64,000 nucleotides of DNA from Fibrobacteria bacterium (lineage in GTDB: Bacteria > Fibrobacterota > Chitinivibrionia > Chitinivibrionales > FEN-1185), in contig JBBIGR010000004.1 of assembly GCA_037447435.1 (NCBI GenBank), forward strand, positions 32,001-96,000, given 5' to 3'. Position 1 is the stretch's first letter. Every line of letters begins with the position of its first letter. Both the position numbers and the translations under genes were made by a program. A model generated the notes under the pieces. The model saw only the letters and a program-made list of their open reading frames with translations, was not told where the DNA came from and ran no database searches. This document shows positions 18,801 through 29,134 of this stretch, in pieces.

Positions 18801-18801
18801 A

Positions 18802-21800
18802 TTAGTTTACAAGTACAATCTGGTTCATGAAACTTTTCTTTTTACCCGATTCGTCTTCGACCACCAGAACCACGAAATAGCGTCCGCTTCTGCACAATTT
18901 TCTGCTTGACGGAGGAAACACGCGCGAATAAGAATCGGAGCCCACGGTCAAATCGTCCCACAGCGTTTCCCGGTCGGTCGCGCGCCCGTCCCACCAGAGG
19001 TTGTACTTTACAAGTTTCGTCGCATTTTGCATGACTACCGAGCACACCAAATCATTGACTACGGTATAAATTTTGAGGGAAACTTTCGTTATCTTTTGCC
19101 CGGGAACATCGGGAACGAAGGAAATACACGTTCCTTTCGGTGCATTTAATCCGAACATGGTACGCAAAGGCGTGTTGGCGAACTCATTGTCGGACGCACT
19201 CTTTAGCGGACAGAACGGATTTGGAAATACCGTCAAAGAGCTTTGCAGTTCTTTTGAAATCGCCAGTATTGCCCACCGTGAAAAGTGAGTGATATTCGCA
19301 CCGACGGCACTCTTGTCAAGCGACGTAACGGCATTGGCCACGGAAACCCATTTTAAGCTGTCTTCGTTCCAGTAGCCGAGTGTCAGCGTATTGCCCGTAT
19401 TGATTCCCTGCGGAACCGATAACGTCAAATGGATACTGTCCCCTGTTTGCAATTGAAACGGCGATCCGTTTAATTCCTTAATATCAAACAGGGTTCCGAC
19501 GGCCGTCATGTTTTTAGTCATCCTGGCCCGTTGGTTCTCTATGACCGGATTGAGTATCTGCAAAAGCGCCGGTTTGCCGTCGGCAACGACGCTGTCCGGG
19601 AATACGATCGTGCACCCGGTACCGGTTACGACCGTATCGGGATCCGGACTTGCCATAATCAAATGTTGAACTTCAAGACCGACCTGGGTTTTGCTTCCGA
19701 CGATATTCAAGTATTCTCCCGAAGAACTTCCGCTCGACGAAAGTATCCTGACAATACCGGCAAACTTTTTAGCAGGTTTAAATACTCCCGATGCGCTTAT
19801 CGTGCCCGCCATGTCTGGAATCACGCTCCACGTAGAACTGATCGCCAAAACACTGGAATCGATCGAAACTCCTTCGGCGCTGAATTCCGCTTTCGACAGC
19901 GACGATGTCGAGATGGCAAACCCGGCCTGCGGGTCTATCCGTTTCACGCGGATTCGCGCCATTTTCTTTCCGGAGCCCTTGACAAAGACGGAACCGTCGC
20001 TGTTCGGTATGCGGTTCAAATCGACAAGCACTTTCGAATTATCGACAACAGCGCGTACTTTTACCGGCTTTGGCGTTGCGAAGCTTGGCGTCGTCAATAG
20101 TGCCGTATTCCCTTTCGACTCCAATTTGCAACCATAGGAAGAGTCGGCAAATCGCCAGGTGACCGCCGTGCTGTCGAGACCCGACGGCGCAAACTGCGAA
20201 CCATAATACCCTTTGACCGTAAAAGTCATACTGTATTCCGACGGTAAAATCATTGTATCGGACGATGCCGGCAGAATTTCTATTTTTGTCAACTTCGTCA
20301 TATCCGGCGGAACATACGCGGTAAACGTTTCCTGGGTATAGCCGTAGATATCGGCATTTTTAAATGCCTTGAAATAATAGGCAAGCGTACTGCCGTCTTT
20401 GGGCGCTTTAATTTTAAACGTATATGCCGTCAACGAATTCTTGATCTTTACCGAATCAAAACCCAATGCGCCGATGTCGCGGTAATAGCAAACGGCCGAA
20501 TCAAGAACATAGTCCGCCCGCATCGTAAGCGTCAAGGTATCATGCGAAATGCGAATCGTATCTTTAGTCGTATTGAATACCGCGCTTACGACCGAATCGA
20601 TGCGGAACGTATCGGAATTCAACACCGTAAAAGAATGATGCGAAAGATCGATAATGGAATCCGCGACGCCGTCAACGGCAACGATATAGGTTCCTGCGCC
20701 GGCATTTTTAAGGGTGTCGGTCACGACGAGGTTTTTCTGCAACGGCGATTGGACTTTTACCGTGGCGGTTTTGTCGGCACCTTTGTTAATGACCCATTGT
20801 ATCGATTTTTTACCGGGACTCATGTATACCACGAGATTTTCGGCATCGCTTCTGCCTTCGATCGTCGTTTTTCCGCTCGAAACGAATATCGTATCGCTTT
20901 TGACAATAGAATCGGTAACATAGCCGTCCGCACCCGCCGTCAGGCGAAAGCTTCCATTGAGTAAATTCCGCATTTCGAAATAACCGTTGCCCTGGCTTTT
21001 TGCAAATGCAACAACCTGATTGCCCGCAGATGAAACCAAACTGACCGTGGCGTTGGGAATCGGCGTAGCATTGGAACTTACCAGAACATTTCCATATAAC
21101 ATGCCCAATCCCGTCAAGGTATCATACACGTTGACCGTGCTCCCGCCCTTAATCGTATCGGCGAGAAACTTGCCGTGAGAAACATATCCCTGGCAATTCG
21201 AAATCATTTTATACATTTTGCCGCCCGGAACGCTTATCCTGAAATCGCCGTACGTTGCTCCTGAAATCGCGGAGAACGTATCCGCGTTTGCGATGGTAGT
21301 ATCGGTAAACTTAACCGTGGCATTGATGATCGGACCGAATGTTTGCTTGCTGCCGATCCACGATCGGCCATAAACATATCCGGTTATCAATGCTGCGCCG
21401 GCCGACATCGTCACGGTCTGCTGCATGGAGCCCGATACGTTTATCACTTTTGTATAGGTGGCAAAACCGACCTTGGTCGCATACAACGTATAGGTACCGG
21501 GGCTCACGGAAAACGAAAATGTGCCGTCCTGCGACGTCGAGGGATTTTCTCCGATAACGACGCCGCCGTTAAGAATTTGCACATCCGCTCCAATCAGCGG
21601 ATCGTTCGTGGCATTCTTTACGACGCCGGAAACGGTAAACGGTTGAGTGGCGAGAACGGTCACCGGCAGGTTTTTATTCTCTCCAAACGCAACTGTTACC
21701 TTTGTCGGCAACGATGAAACATAGCCCGTCTTTTGGGCGGATAAAACCCAGTCTGCGGCATAACAGTTGACAATGTAACTTCCCTGGGCGTCGGTGTGGC

Positions 21801-23451
21801 TTATGACGGTATCGTTTCGTTCCGACACCGCGGTTATCGTTGCGTAATTGATGCCGACAGTGGCCTGATCGGTAATTTTCCCGAACATTGTAGACGATGG
21901 GCGCGTGAGAAAAAAGGTTTCCTCATCGGTTTTAGCCGAATCGAGCGTAATGGTGCGCACGAGTTGGTCGAACCCGTCTTTGATGGCCGTCACCCTATAG
22001 GTACCTTTTGGTCTGTCGCGGGAAAGGTTTCCTGCAGTGTCCGTATAAAACAATAACGGGGCTTCTTTCGATCCGCTCAGAACTTCGACCTGCATTTTGA
22101 CCAGCGGCACCCGTGTTACAATTGTGTCAAGATGCGAGCCGTTGACGGTTTGCGTGGTCGTAATGATTTTTTCATTAGTATAAAGCACCATGGTTCCCAT
22201 TGCCGGCGCATTATAATGGAAGCCTGCAGTATCCGAAGCCGTACTTGCGCCTTTGTCGTCTACGGCGAATACTTTCCACGAGTAATCGTTATTGGTCAGA
22301 ATCGAGCGGGCGTTGATTGAAACGAATCCGGTATCCGAGGCTTCGACGATTCCGTTTTTACCGCCGAAGTTGCCCGCAGTCACTTCGTTTTGCCAAACCA
22401 CCAGTTTTGCCTGGGTGCCTCCGGACGAATACGACATGTAAACATACACCTGATACGTGTTTGCTTTGGGGTCAAGGTTGCTCCATTTGAACGTGATAAC
22501 GCTGTCATTTTGATACGACAAGGTGTCCCGTTTCGGTGAAAGCGGGACTGGTTTCGCAAGAGGAGTACCTTGAATGGTGAACTGTTGCGGCAAACCGACT
22601 TTCGTTGACGTATAAGCCGGTTGATTTCCATAATTATTGAGAACCATCCACGAATACGTCTGTTTCGGAGATAGCGGCGGCGGGCTGGCCGTTATGGTTC
22701 CCGACGGGTCGGGCGCTCCGTAAACGATTTGCGTGTTCGGTGTAATTGCTTGCCAAATAATGCTGAGTCCTGAAATGCTCGTTCCGCCGGTGGTATCGAT
22801 TTTTAAAGGTTCATCCGAGAGGATAATGTGATAATATGGAACCCCGGGATTGGTTTGCCAGTTGAATGTCGGCGTCAATTGCGTAATGTCGCCGGTAGGA
22901 CCTATCGGCTTGGTGGCATTCGGAGATTCCACTATCATTTGCAATTCATTTGAGAACAAGGTGGTATCTTTACCGAGCAATCGCGTTTTAAATCCAACCA
23001 TATAATAAAACACGCCTGCATCCATTCCTGTCTGGTCCATAGGCCTGAATCGAATGCCGCGCATCGGAGGCGTACCGCCCAGAAAAACATTGTCCTGCAC
23101 TTGGATTGTTCCGTTGGCCTGGGAGTCTATACAAAATTTTGTGACCTTATAATGATAGTTTTCTATTTTCGAGCCGCCCGGCGACTTGTCAAAATATAAA
23201 ACTCCGGAATCAGGCGCATTATACGTCGGCCCGGTAATCGGGATGCTCGGTCTGGCTATGCCGGTCCATTTAATCCAGATTTTGCTGTCCGGCGATGACG
23301 CTGCCAGTGGAAATTCCGTCAGTACATATGGCGTAGATTGCCCCATTACAGTCAATGCCGCAACGAGCAGAATGAAAAGCGCACAAAACCGTTTGCTTGT
23401 CATTGCCTTGTCCTTTCGAAAGCCATCGTTATATTTCATATATTTCCTCAT
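18802..23451 (-). CDS. 1549 aa surface protein with carboxypeptidase-regulatory-like/Ig repeats and a FlgD-Ig/T9SS-like C-terminal domain
   Basis: Signal peptide (possible start at MTSKRF); repeated 'G.V.....P...A.V...T...G.F...GTY...A.K.G[YF]' units; C-terminus 'LTVFPNPFCP...LKIYTV...WWDGR...SGRYFVVL'. Confidence 0.8.
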   Translation of the reverse strand: MRKYMKYNDGFRKDKAMTSKRFCALFILLVAALTVMGQSTPYVLTEFPLAASSPDSKIWIKWTGIARPSIPITGPTYNAPDSGVLYFDKSPGGSKIENYHYKVTKFCIDSQANGTIQVQDNVFLGGTPPMRGIRFRPMDQTGMDAGVFYYMVGFKTRLLGKDTTLFSNELQMIVESPNATKPIGPTGDITQLTPTFNWQTNPGVPYYHIILSDEPLKIDTTGGTSISGLSIIWQAITPNTQIVYGAPDPSGTITASPPPLSPKQTYSWMVLNNYGNQPAYTSTKVGLPQQFTIQGTPLAKPVPLSPKRDTLSYQNDSVITFKWSNLDPKANTYQVYVYMSYSSGGTQAKLVVWQNEVTAGNFGGKNGIVEASDTGFVSINARSILTNNDYSWKVFAVDDKGASTASDTAGFHYNAPAMGTMVLYTNEKIITTTQTVNGSHLDTIVTRVPLVKMQVEVLSGSKEAPLLFYTDTAGNLSRDRPKGTYRVTAIKDGFDQLVRTITLDSAKTDEETFFLTRPSSTMFGKITDQATVGINYATITAVSERNDTVISHTDAQGSYIVNCYAADWVLSAQKTGYVSSLPTKVTVAFGENKNLPVTVLATQPFTVSGVVKNATNDPLIGADVQILNGGVVIGENPSTSQDGTFSFSVSPGTYTLYATKVGFATYTKVINVSGSMQQTVTMSAGAALITGYVYGRSWIGSKQTFGPIINATVKFTDTTIANADTFSAISGATYGDFRISVPGGKMYKMISNCQGYVSHGKFLADTIKGGSTVNVYDTLTGLGMLYGNVLVSSNATPIPNATVSLVSSAGNQVVAFAKSQGNGYFEMRNLLNGSFRLTAGADGYVTDSIVKSDTIFVSSGKTTIEGRSDAENLVVYMSPGKKSIQWVINKGADKTATVKVQSPLQKNLVVTDTLKNAGAGTYIVAVDGVADSIIDLSHHSFTVLNSDTFRIDSVVSAVFNTTKDTIRISHDTLTLTMRADYVLDSAVCYYRDIGALGFDSVKIKNSLTAYTFKIKAPKDGSTLAYYFKAFKNADIYGYTQETFTAYVPPDMTKLTKIEILPASSDTMILPSEYSMTFTVKGYYGSQFAPSGLDSTAVTWRFADSSYGCKLESKGNTALLTTPSFATPKPVKVRAVVDNSKVLVDLNRIPNSDGSVFVKGSGKKMARIRVKRIDPQAGFAISTSSLSKAEFSAEGVSIDSSVLAISSTWSVIPDMAGTISASGVFKPAKKFAGIVRILSSSGSSSGEYLNIVGSKTQVGLEVQHLIMASPDPDTVVTGTGCTIVFPDSVVADGKPALLQILNPVIENQRARMTKNMTAVGTLFDIKELNGSPFQLQTGDSIHLTLSVPQGINTGNTLTLGYWNEDSLKWVSVANAVTSLDKSAVGANITHFSRWAILAISKELQSSLTVFPNPFCPLKSASDNEFANTPLRTMFGLNAPKGTCISFVPDVPGQKITKVSLKIYTVVNDLVCSVVMQNATKLVKYNLWWDGRATDRETLWDDLTVGSDSYSRVFPPSSRKLCRSGRYFVVLVVEDESGKKKSFMNQIVLVN

Positions 23452-23489
23452 AATCCTGTTTTCAAGTTTGTTGAGTTATTTATGTACCT

Positions 23490-24980
23490 TTAAAAATGAT
23501 AAATCATACCGACTTTAAATGCGGGAAGCGGCAATAAATCAAGATCAAATCCGAGTTGCGTTTTCGAACCCAGCATTGCGCCGAGGTTTAAAATCGGAAG
23601 CATCGCGTTTTCTCCCATGGTCATCCAGGACAATGTTTTGTTCTGTTTAATGGCCTTGCCGATAATATGTGACTCATCGTTTATCCTCATGTCAAAGGCA
23701 AAAACTCCCAGATTCAGAAATGCATTATAAAAATTGCAGTTCAACATCATTATATTGTCGACCGTAATCGCCGCATCAAGATCAACGATCCGTTTGTCGG
23801 GATTGTTCGGATCGTGCGGATTTGCCGCATGATAGGCCTCTATATCGCCGAATATTTTCGTGTATGACAACGATACCTTGTCGCGTATGAGGTCTAACGA
23901 GATTGTGTGGGCTTGCGGTAATTTCCAGCGTGCGTCATCGTTGGAACTATAAATGACGCTGTCCACCTTTTGCTGCTGAAAATTGTCCAGCATCGACAGC
24001 AGTTTCGTGGGATCATTGACATCCAGGGATGGTTGGAACGTTTTTTTATCGATAAAAAACGGCAGGTAATATTTAGCAACCATGCTCCCTTTTGCTTTGG
24101 TATCGACTCCGAAACGGGATGTCAACGTCAACAGCCAAAATTTAATGCCTGCGGAACCGGACCATGCCTCCGCTTCAAAATGACCGTTGGCCTGGCCGTA
24201 TGCTTTCGACGACGGGTAATCGATCGGCTGGTTCTTAATATCCGCGGATCCGCCGATCCCTCCTCCGCCGCCGCTTGCGCCGGAATTTTGCGACACGCTG
24301 AATTGCCCGAGCATGTCCACATCTACTTTCGCAAGTAAATCGAACCGGAAAACATGACGCATGAGATTTACGGCAAGCACCAGATCCTTATTGACTTTAT
24401 AGGCGTATCCGAAAGTCATGGTTTCCCAGCCCAAATTCGCTTCAATCGGCACGTTAACGGCTCCCAGCAAAAGAAGCGACACGTCCGACTTGCTGCCGTT
24501 GCTCGAAATGGTCGTATCATATCCTAAACGTAAATCAGTATTGCCGAGCGTGGTGAGATAATTCAAATACACGTTTTGCACATAGGCAAAGGAGGCAACG
24601 CCGCCAAGCATGGGAACATCGACACGTATGGTCGTGTTCGGCGATTGGGCCGCACTTGCCTGGGGCTGAAACGCCTGGCCTTGAGAAGGGTCCTGGTTCA
24701 TTTGTTTTGAAATTTGTTGCCAAAGGTCGTCGCCGGTACTTTTCGGAATCAAGCTTCCGGATTCAAGCGGAAAATTAAACGCGCCATACCCCTTTGCATA
24801 ATCGAAAGACACGTCGGTGGGCGGCCGTAGGATATCGTAATTAAATCCTATCGTTAATTTGGCATTGAAACTGGGAGGAGTGAGACTCGGCGACATTCCG
24901 GCCGGCAAATTGCTGTCTGCCGCGTTCAGTGAACAGACAAACATAACGGCCAAAATTCCTGCAACTATCTTTGTTCTCAT
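23490..24980 (-). CDS. Hypothetical outer-membrane beta-barrel protein
   Basis: Signal peptide, amphipathic strands, C-terminal 'FKVGMIYHF'; GAAGGTGG RBS. Confidence 0.65.
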   Translation of the reverse strand: MRTKIVAGILAVMFVCSLNAADSNLPAGMSPSLTPPSFNAKLTIGFNYDILRPPTDVSFDYAKGYGAFNFPLESGSLIPKSTGDDLWQQISKQMNQDPSQGQAFQPQASAAQSPNTTIRVDVPMLGGVASFAYVQNVYLNYLTTLGNTDLRLGYDTTISSNGSKSDVSLLLLGAVNVPIEANLGWETMTFGYAYKVNKDLVLAVNLMRHVFRFDLLAKVDVDMLGQFSVSQNSGASGGGGGIGGSADIKNQPIDYPSSKAYGQANGHFEAEAWSGSAGIKFWLLTLTSRFGVDTKAKGSMVAKYYLPFFIDKKTFQPSLDVNDPTKLLSMLDNFQQQKVDSVIYSSNDDARWKLPQAHTISLDLIRDKVSLSYTKIFGDIEAYHAANPHDPNNPDKRIVDLDAAITVDNIMMLNCNFYNAFLNLGVFAFDMRINDESHIIGKAIKQNKTLSWMTMGENAMLPILNLGAMLGSKTQLGFDLDLLPLPAFKVGMIYHF

Positions 24981-25162
24981 TGATAACCACCTTCTGAGGA
25001 ATGGCTATACTTTTAGGAAATGTATCATCCATTGCAAAAAAAGCCAATGAACGATGGTAAAATTTTATCGACAAAGTTATTATATCCACCACGGAATATT
25101 TAAGTCAAGGTAAAAAGTCTGGGTATTTCATCGGCGCGATACGACCAAAGCGGATTTGCCTA

Positions 25163-26605
25163 TTAAAATGAGTAGGAAATAGCGGCCATACATTCATTAT
25201 TCTTGGTCGAAACGGCATTAAGCCGGGACGACGCCTTCGCATAGAGCAAACAAACGCCGATGGACACTTTTGCCCTCTCGAAAGCAAGCCAGGAAATCTG
25301 GGGTCGCCCCCAAACACAGAATGAATTTTTTATATCCCTGAAATTGCCGAGGCCGCAATACAGCCCAAGCGGAGAAAACACGACTTTTTTATCATATAGA
25401 AACCAGTCCAGTGATGTCGAGAAATAATTCCCGACATTCCCGTCGCGCTCATTGTCCAGACCGTGAATAAACTGTAATGTGCAATAGAGGTCCTGATAAA
25501 AAAGGTAATCCAATCCAGCAACGAACTTGCAATAAGGCACTGTACGCTGTGCCGAGGTCGTGCCGAATAACTCGTTTATTAGGGAGCCCTTATCAACGTT
25601 GCCGGTATATTGCGGGCTTAAATCCAAATCGTACAAAACGTTTTGTTCGGGAATTAATAGCGCCGCTTCCGCCCATATTCCAAGTTTCCCGATCGCGGAA
25701 GCGCAATCGAAACCAAGCAGGTGTAACCGGGGAAAAACCTCCCCTATTTTTTTTATTCGAACCAGGGAATCGTTGCTCTGCACAATGGTGGAAACCAGCA
25801 TTCGATTTGGAACGCCGTTATTCTCGATAAATACGCTTTTTATCAACGGAAAATGGTCTTTACAATAGGCATAGCTGAGGGAAAACTGAACATCGTAAAT
25901 TCTGCCGTGAAATCGAAGACCGGCGGAACAGTCGTTTTGGAGAGAATAATCCGCTTCAAGATTCGTGTCGGGGATATTTTCGACAACCGTTGCCCCCACA
26001 GCTCCCAATTCAGGTAAAAACGCGGGTGCGAATTTCCCAAACGGCACGATTGCTTTTTGATTATCGATAGCCACAATCAGCGATAACCCGTATCTACCGA
26101 AACTATAATCAAATTTCAGGCAATCGGCGCCGATTCGGGGCCCATAATTAAAAAAATCCTGCCAATCGGGCACGTCCCAAACATCCGTCGGATTGCACGA
26201 AATCGCCGTACCCCAATTTATTTGCTGGCGCCCAAAGCTCAGCGTAAGCCCGGGACGTACGAAATCGTTTATTTCTACGGCAGCCTCGGCCACCGTGCAT
26301 TGGTTTACATATTCCGTGGGCAACGATCCGCTTTTTATCTTTTGACTATCATTTGCAAAAGATAGCATCCTCAAGGTGCCCGTCGCATAGGCGCGGGCTT
26401 TTTCAAACATAAACATTTCAACCGACGCATCGAGCCCATACTCCTGCCAGGACCAGTCATATTCTTTTTGCAAGGCAACTCTGTCGTTCAGGAATACGCC
26501 CCCCTCCCATTTCACCGAAATCGGGGGTTGTAACGAAACGCAAGGTACCGATTTCAAAAGGACCGCCAGGACCAGCGCCGAGGAGATTAGGATTTTTTTT
26601 TGCAT
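25163..26605 (-). CDS. Hypothetical outer-membrane beta-barrel protein (DUF1302-like)
   Basis: Signal peptide from ATG 26605; 'LSFGRQQINWGTA...NPTDVW'; C-terminal 'AISYSF'. Confidence 0.65.
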   Translation of the reverse strand: MQKKILISSALVLAVLLKSVPCVSLQPPISVKWEGGVFLNDRVALQKEYDWSWQEYGLDASVEMFMFEKARAYATGTLRMLSFANDSQKIKSGSLPTEYVNQCTVAEAAVEINDFVRPGLTLSFGRQQINWGTAISCNPTDVWDVPDWQDFFNYGPRIGADCLKFDYSFGRYGLSLIVAIDNQKAIVPFGKFAPAFLPELGAVGATVVENIPDTNLEADYSLQNDCSAGLRFHGRIYDVQFSLSYAYCKDHFPLIKSVFIENNGVPNRMLVSTIVQSNDSLVRIKKIGEVFPRLHLLGFDCASAIGKLGIWAEAALLIPEQNVLYDLDLSPQYTGNVDKGSLINELFGTTSAQRTVPYCKFVAGLDYLFYQDLYCTLQFIHGLDNERDGNVGNYFSTSLDWFLYDKKVVFSPLGLYCGLGNFRDIKNSFCVWGRPQISWLAFERAKVSIGVCLLYAKASSRLNAVSTKNNECMAAISYSF

Positions 26606-26664
26606 GAGCGATAATATAATAATATTTGCAGCACCGGATTTTACATTTGAATTATTTTTTATCC

Positions 26665-27162
26665 ATGTTTGATTACGATAAAAACGAGCATTTGCGGGAA
26701 ATTTTTGCAAAAACCAATATAGTAAGAAAACCGATATCGGGAATTGTATCCGGGTATCACGAACTTCCTTATATTCTGGTTGCACCAAGCGAAGAAAATG
26801 AACAAACCACCGTTGAAATAAACGGTAAAATAAATGTCTCGCCGAAATTCATTATTTCCGCAAATATGCTTTCCGAATCATTCGGCGACGTCTTTGATCC
26901 CGAAACATTCGACCAGGAAATTCAAGGCCGTTTTTTTTCTTTTGCCTATGGGCAGAGGAAAAATTTAAAAGTGGAAAATGAATATTTCACTATAAAGAAT
27001 TATGATGAAGGTCCCGAAGAACATATTAATAGGGTCAACGACGAACTCAGCATGCAGGAAAACATAAAGACCGGGCTGATTTTTGGGCCAAGATTCAAAT
27101 TTTATCCTGTTTCGATAGATAAATTTATTAACGAAATAATCGAACGGGAATTTCGCATCTGA
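26665..27162 (+). CDS. Conserved hypothetical cytoplasmic protein
   Basis: Globular composition ('ELPYILVAP...FYPVSIDKFINEIIEREF'); ATG at 26665. Confidence 0.7.
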   Translation: MFDYDKNEHLREIFAKTNIVRKPISGIVSGYHELPYILVAPSEENEQTTVEINGKINVSPKFIISANMLSESFGDVFDPETFDQEIQGRFFSFAYGQRKNLKVENEYFTIKNYDEGPEEHINRVNDELSMQENIKTGLIFGPRFKFYPVSIDKFINEIIEREFRI

Positions 27163-27237
27163 GATAGTTAAACCTGGCAAAAAGTACTGCTCTCATTGTA
27201 TACTGGAATTACAATCGGTATTAAAAAGGCGGCATCT

Positions 27238-27444
27238 ATGTACGAAAAGCCACAATATCTGACAGGTGACGGATTTAAACGCCTGGATAAAAACCCTCAT
27301 AAAGATCGTTCCATCACCTATAAACTGATTCCAAAAAAAACGTCGGTACCGGCAATCAGTGCGCAACGCCCTCAAAAAGGTATTCATCTTTCCGAGGAAG
27401 CAGCCAAAGCAATTGCAATGGCAATAAAAGGCATGCTTAAATAA
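27238..27444 (+). CDS. Small hypothetical protein
   Basis: ATG 27238 after AAGGCGG; co-oriented with neighbours; amphipathic C-terminal helix. Confidence 0.5.
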   Translation: MYEKPQYLTGDGFKRLDKNPHKDRSITYKLIPKKTSVPAISAQRPQKGIHLSEEAAKAIAMAIKGMLK

Positions 27445-27447
27445 GCC

Positions 27448-27903
27448 ATGTGGATATTGGGATTTTATCGGGCCTACCTGTCTTTCTGCATCGGCATCAT
27501 TCTGTATATTCTCGTTTTAAAGTCAATCTGGTTGCTTTTAGCAAGCATGATTCTTGCCCGTATCGGATGGTATTGTATCGAGCGACAAATAAATCACTTC
27601 GCCATAAATCGGGATTTTCGCACTCACATCTATCGTTTCAAACAAAACCTTGGCCCCTATGGAATTCGTCTTGCCAATAAAGCGGAAACCGATTGGCAGG
27701 TAAAAAAAAGCCTTTCCGAAGTTTTCACGGCAAATCGCAACAAACTTAAAAAACATGTCGAGCAATTGCAAATGATGGACACGTTGTTTAAGGCCGGCAT
27801 ACAACCCGACGGCGATGCCTATCAACTGCACGATTGTAAACTTGCATACGGGAAATTCAGGTTGGAGAACCCCGAACGACCCGAATCAGATAGGGGCTGC
27901 TGA
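27448..27903 (+). CDS. Hypothetical membrane-anchored protein
   Basis: Two N-terminal hydrophobic segments followed by a charged helical region; starts 3 bp after the upstream stop. Confidence 0.6.
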   Translation: MWILGFYRAYLSFCIGIILYILVLKSIWLLLASMILARIGWYCIERQINHFAINRDFRTHIYRFKQNLGPYGIRLANKAETDWQVKKSLSEVFTANRNKLKKHVEQLQMMDTLFKAGIQPDGDAYQLHDCKLAYGKFRLENPERPESDRGC

Positions 27904-27915
27904 GGGTACATTGGA

Positions 27916-27945
27916 AAAGGCCCCCGATTTTCATCGGAGGCCTTT
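27916..27945 (-). terminator. Rho-independent terminator, probably bidirectional, between convergent genes
   Basis: AAAGGCCCCCGAT-TTTC-ATCGGAGGCCTTT. Confidence 0.7.
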
Positions 27946-27972
27946 GCGGCAATTCAAGCTTGGAAGGTATTA

Positions 27973-28971
27973 TTATTTTCCGGGCACGGGCGCAAAATCG
28001 AACGGCGCCTTTAGTGTGGTATCGGCATAAAAAATCTTTGCATTCGCAATAAGCCCGTCTACGAATTTCTTCACCACGTCATTTTGCTTCTTAAGGCCGA
28101 GCATGTTTTTAATCTGACCTTCTACTTTATCAAAAGTCTGCGGCGGTTGTTGTTCTTCGCCCGTTTTTTTGATGATATGGTAACCGACCTTCGATTGGAA
28201 AACATCGCTCACCTGATTCAACGCAAGAGGCATGACCGCAGCGTCGAATTCGGGCATCAAATCGCCCCGTTTGAACCATCCGATGTCCCCGCCGCTGGTT
28301 GCGGCGGCCGGGTCTTGGGAGTTTTTCTTTGCCAGAGCGGCAAAGTCTTTTCCGGCTTTGGCTTCAGCCAGCACTTTTTGCGCCTTGTCCAGTACCGCTT
28401 TTTTCTGATCGGCGGTGGCATCGGGCTTCACAATAAATAAAATTTGACTAGCACGGAATTTCTTTTCGGAAACGAATTTGGTGCTGTTGCTGTCGTAATA
28501 CGCTTTGCATTCCTTCTGCGTCACGGAATCACCCGGTTTTACCAGGGTTTTAATGAGGGAATCGACCATCAGGCCTTCCCTGATTTGGTTTTTCATGTCG
28601 TTTTCCGTTTGTCCCATTTTAGCAAGTTCTTTGGCCAAAGTTGCGGAATCGGGAAATTGCTTCTTAATATTCTCAAAAGTCATTTTAAACTTTTCCTCGG
28701 AATACCCGGTTTTCCGTTTTTTCGCTTCCTGTAAAACCACTTCGTTCGCGATGAGTTGTTTGGCTATGTTTTGCTTGATATCCGGAGGCAACCCCTGTAA
28801 CGCTTTATCGGGATACGCCCGTGACATTTGCTCCCGGTACATGTCCATGATCCGGTCGATTTGCGTTGCTTTAATCCAATTCCCGTTGACCCGGATAGCC
28901 CCGTCTTTCGGCACGTTTTCCTTGGCACAACACACCATAAGAAGCAGAAGAACCATTACCGCCTTTTTCAT
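27973..28971 (-). CDS. PrsA/SurA-type parvulin peptidyl-prolyl isomerase, probable lipoprotein
   Basis: Lipobox-like 'LMVCC'; 'FRASQILF', 'DFAALAKKNSQD...GGDIGWF...MPEFD...SKVGYHIIK'. Confidence 0.9.
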   Translation of the reverse strand: MKKAVMVLLLLMVCCAKENVPKDGAIRVNGNWIKATQIDRIMDMYREQMSRAYPDKALQGLPPDIKQNIAKQLIANEVVLQEAKKRKTGYSEEKFKMTFENIKKQFPDSATLAKELAKMGQTENDMKNQIREGLMVDSLIKTLVKPGDSVTQKECKAYYDSNSTKFVSEKKFRASQILFIVKPDATADQKKAVLDKAQKVLAEAKAGKDFAALAKKNSQDPAAATSGGDIGWFKRGDLMPEFDAAVMPLALNQVSDVFQSKVGYHIIKKTGEEQQPPQTFDKVEGQIKNMLGLKKQNDVVKKFVDGLIANAKIFYADTTLKAPFDFAPVPGK

Positions 28972-29134
28972 AGCAAAACCTTTCCTGTTTAATGCACAAA
29001 TTTGACAATAAATAATTTACACGATTATAATACGGCCCGTCGGCGCATTGCCAATATATATCATTCCACTAAAGCATCCTCTTAAATTATCGCTTTTGCG
29101 GATAAAAACCGGGGAGAAACGACAGTGCGGGCGA

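Noticed and set aside
26606..26788. Long upstream extension of the barrel ORF overlapping the divergent gene
   Set aside because: The signal peptide begins at ATG 26605, and the extension is antisense to a better-supported gene.
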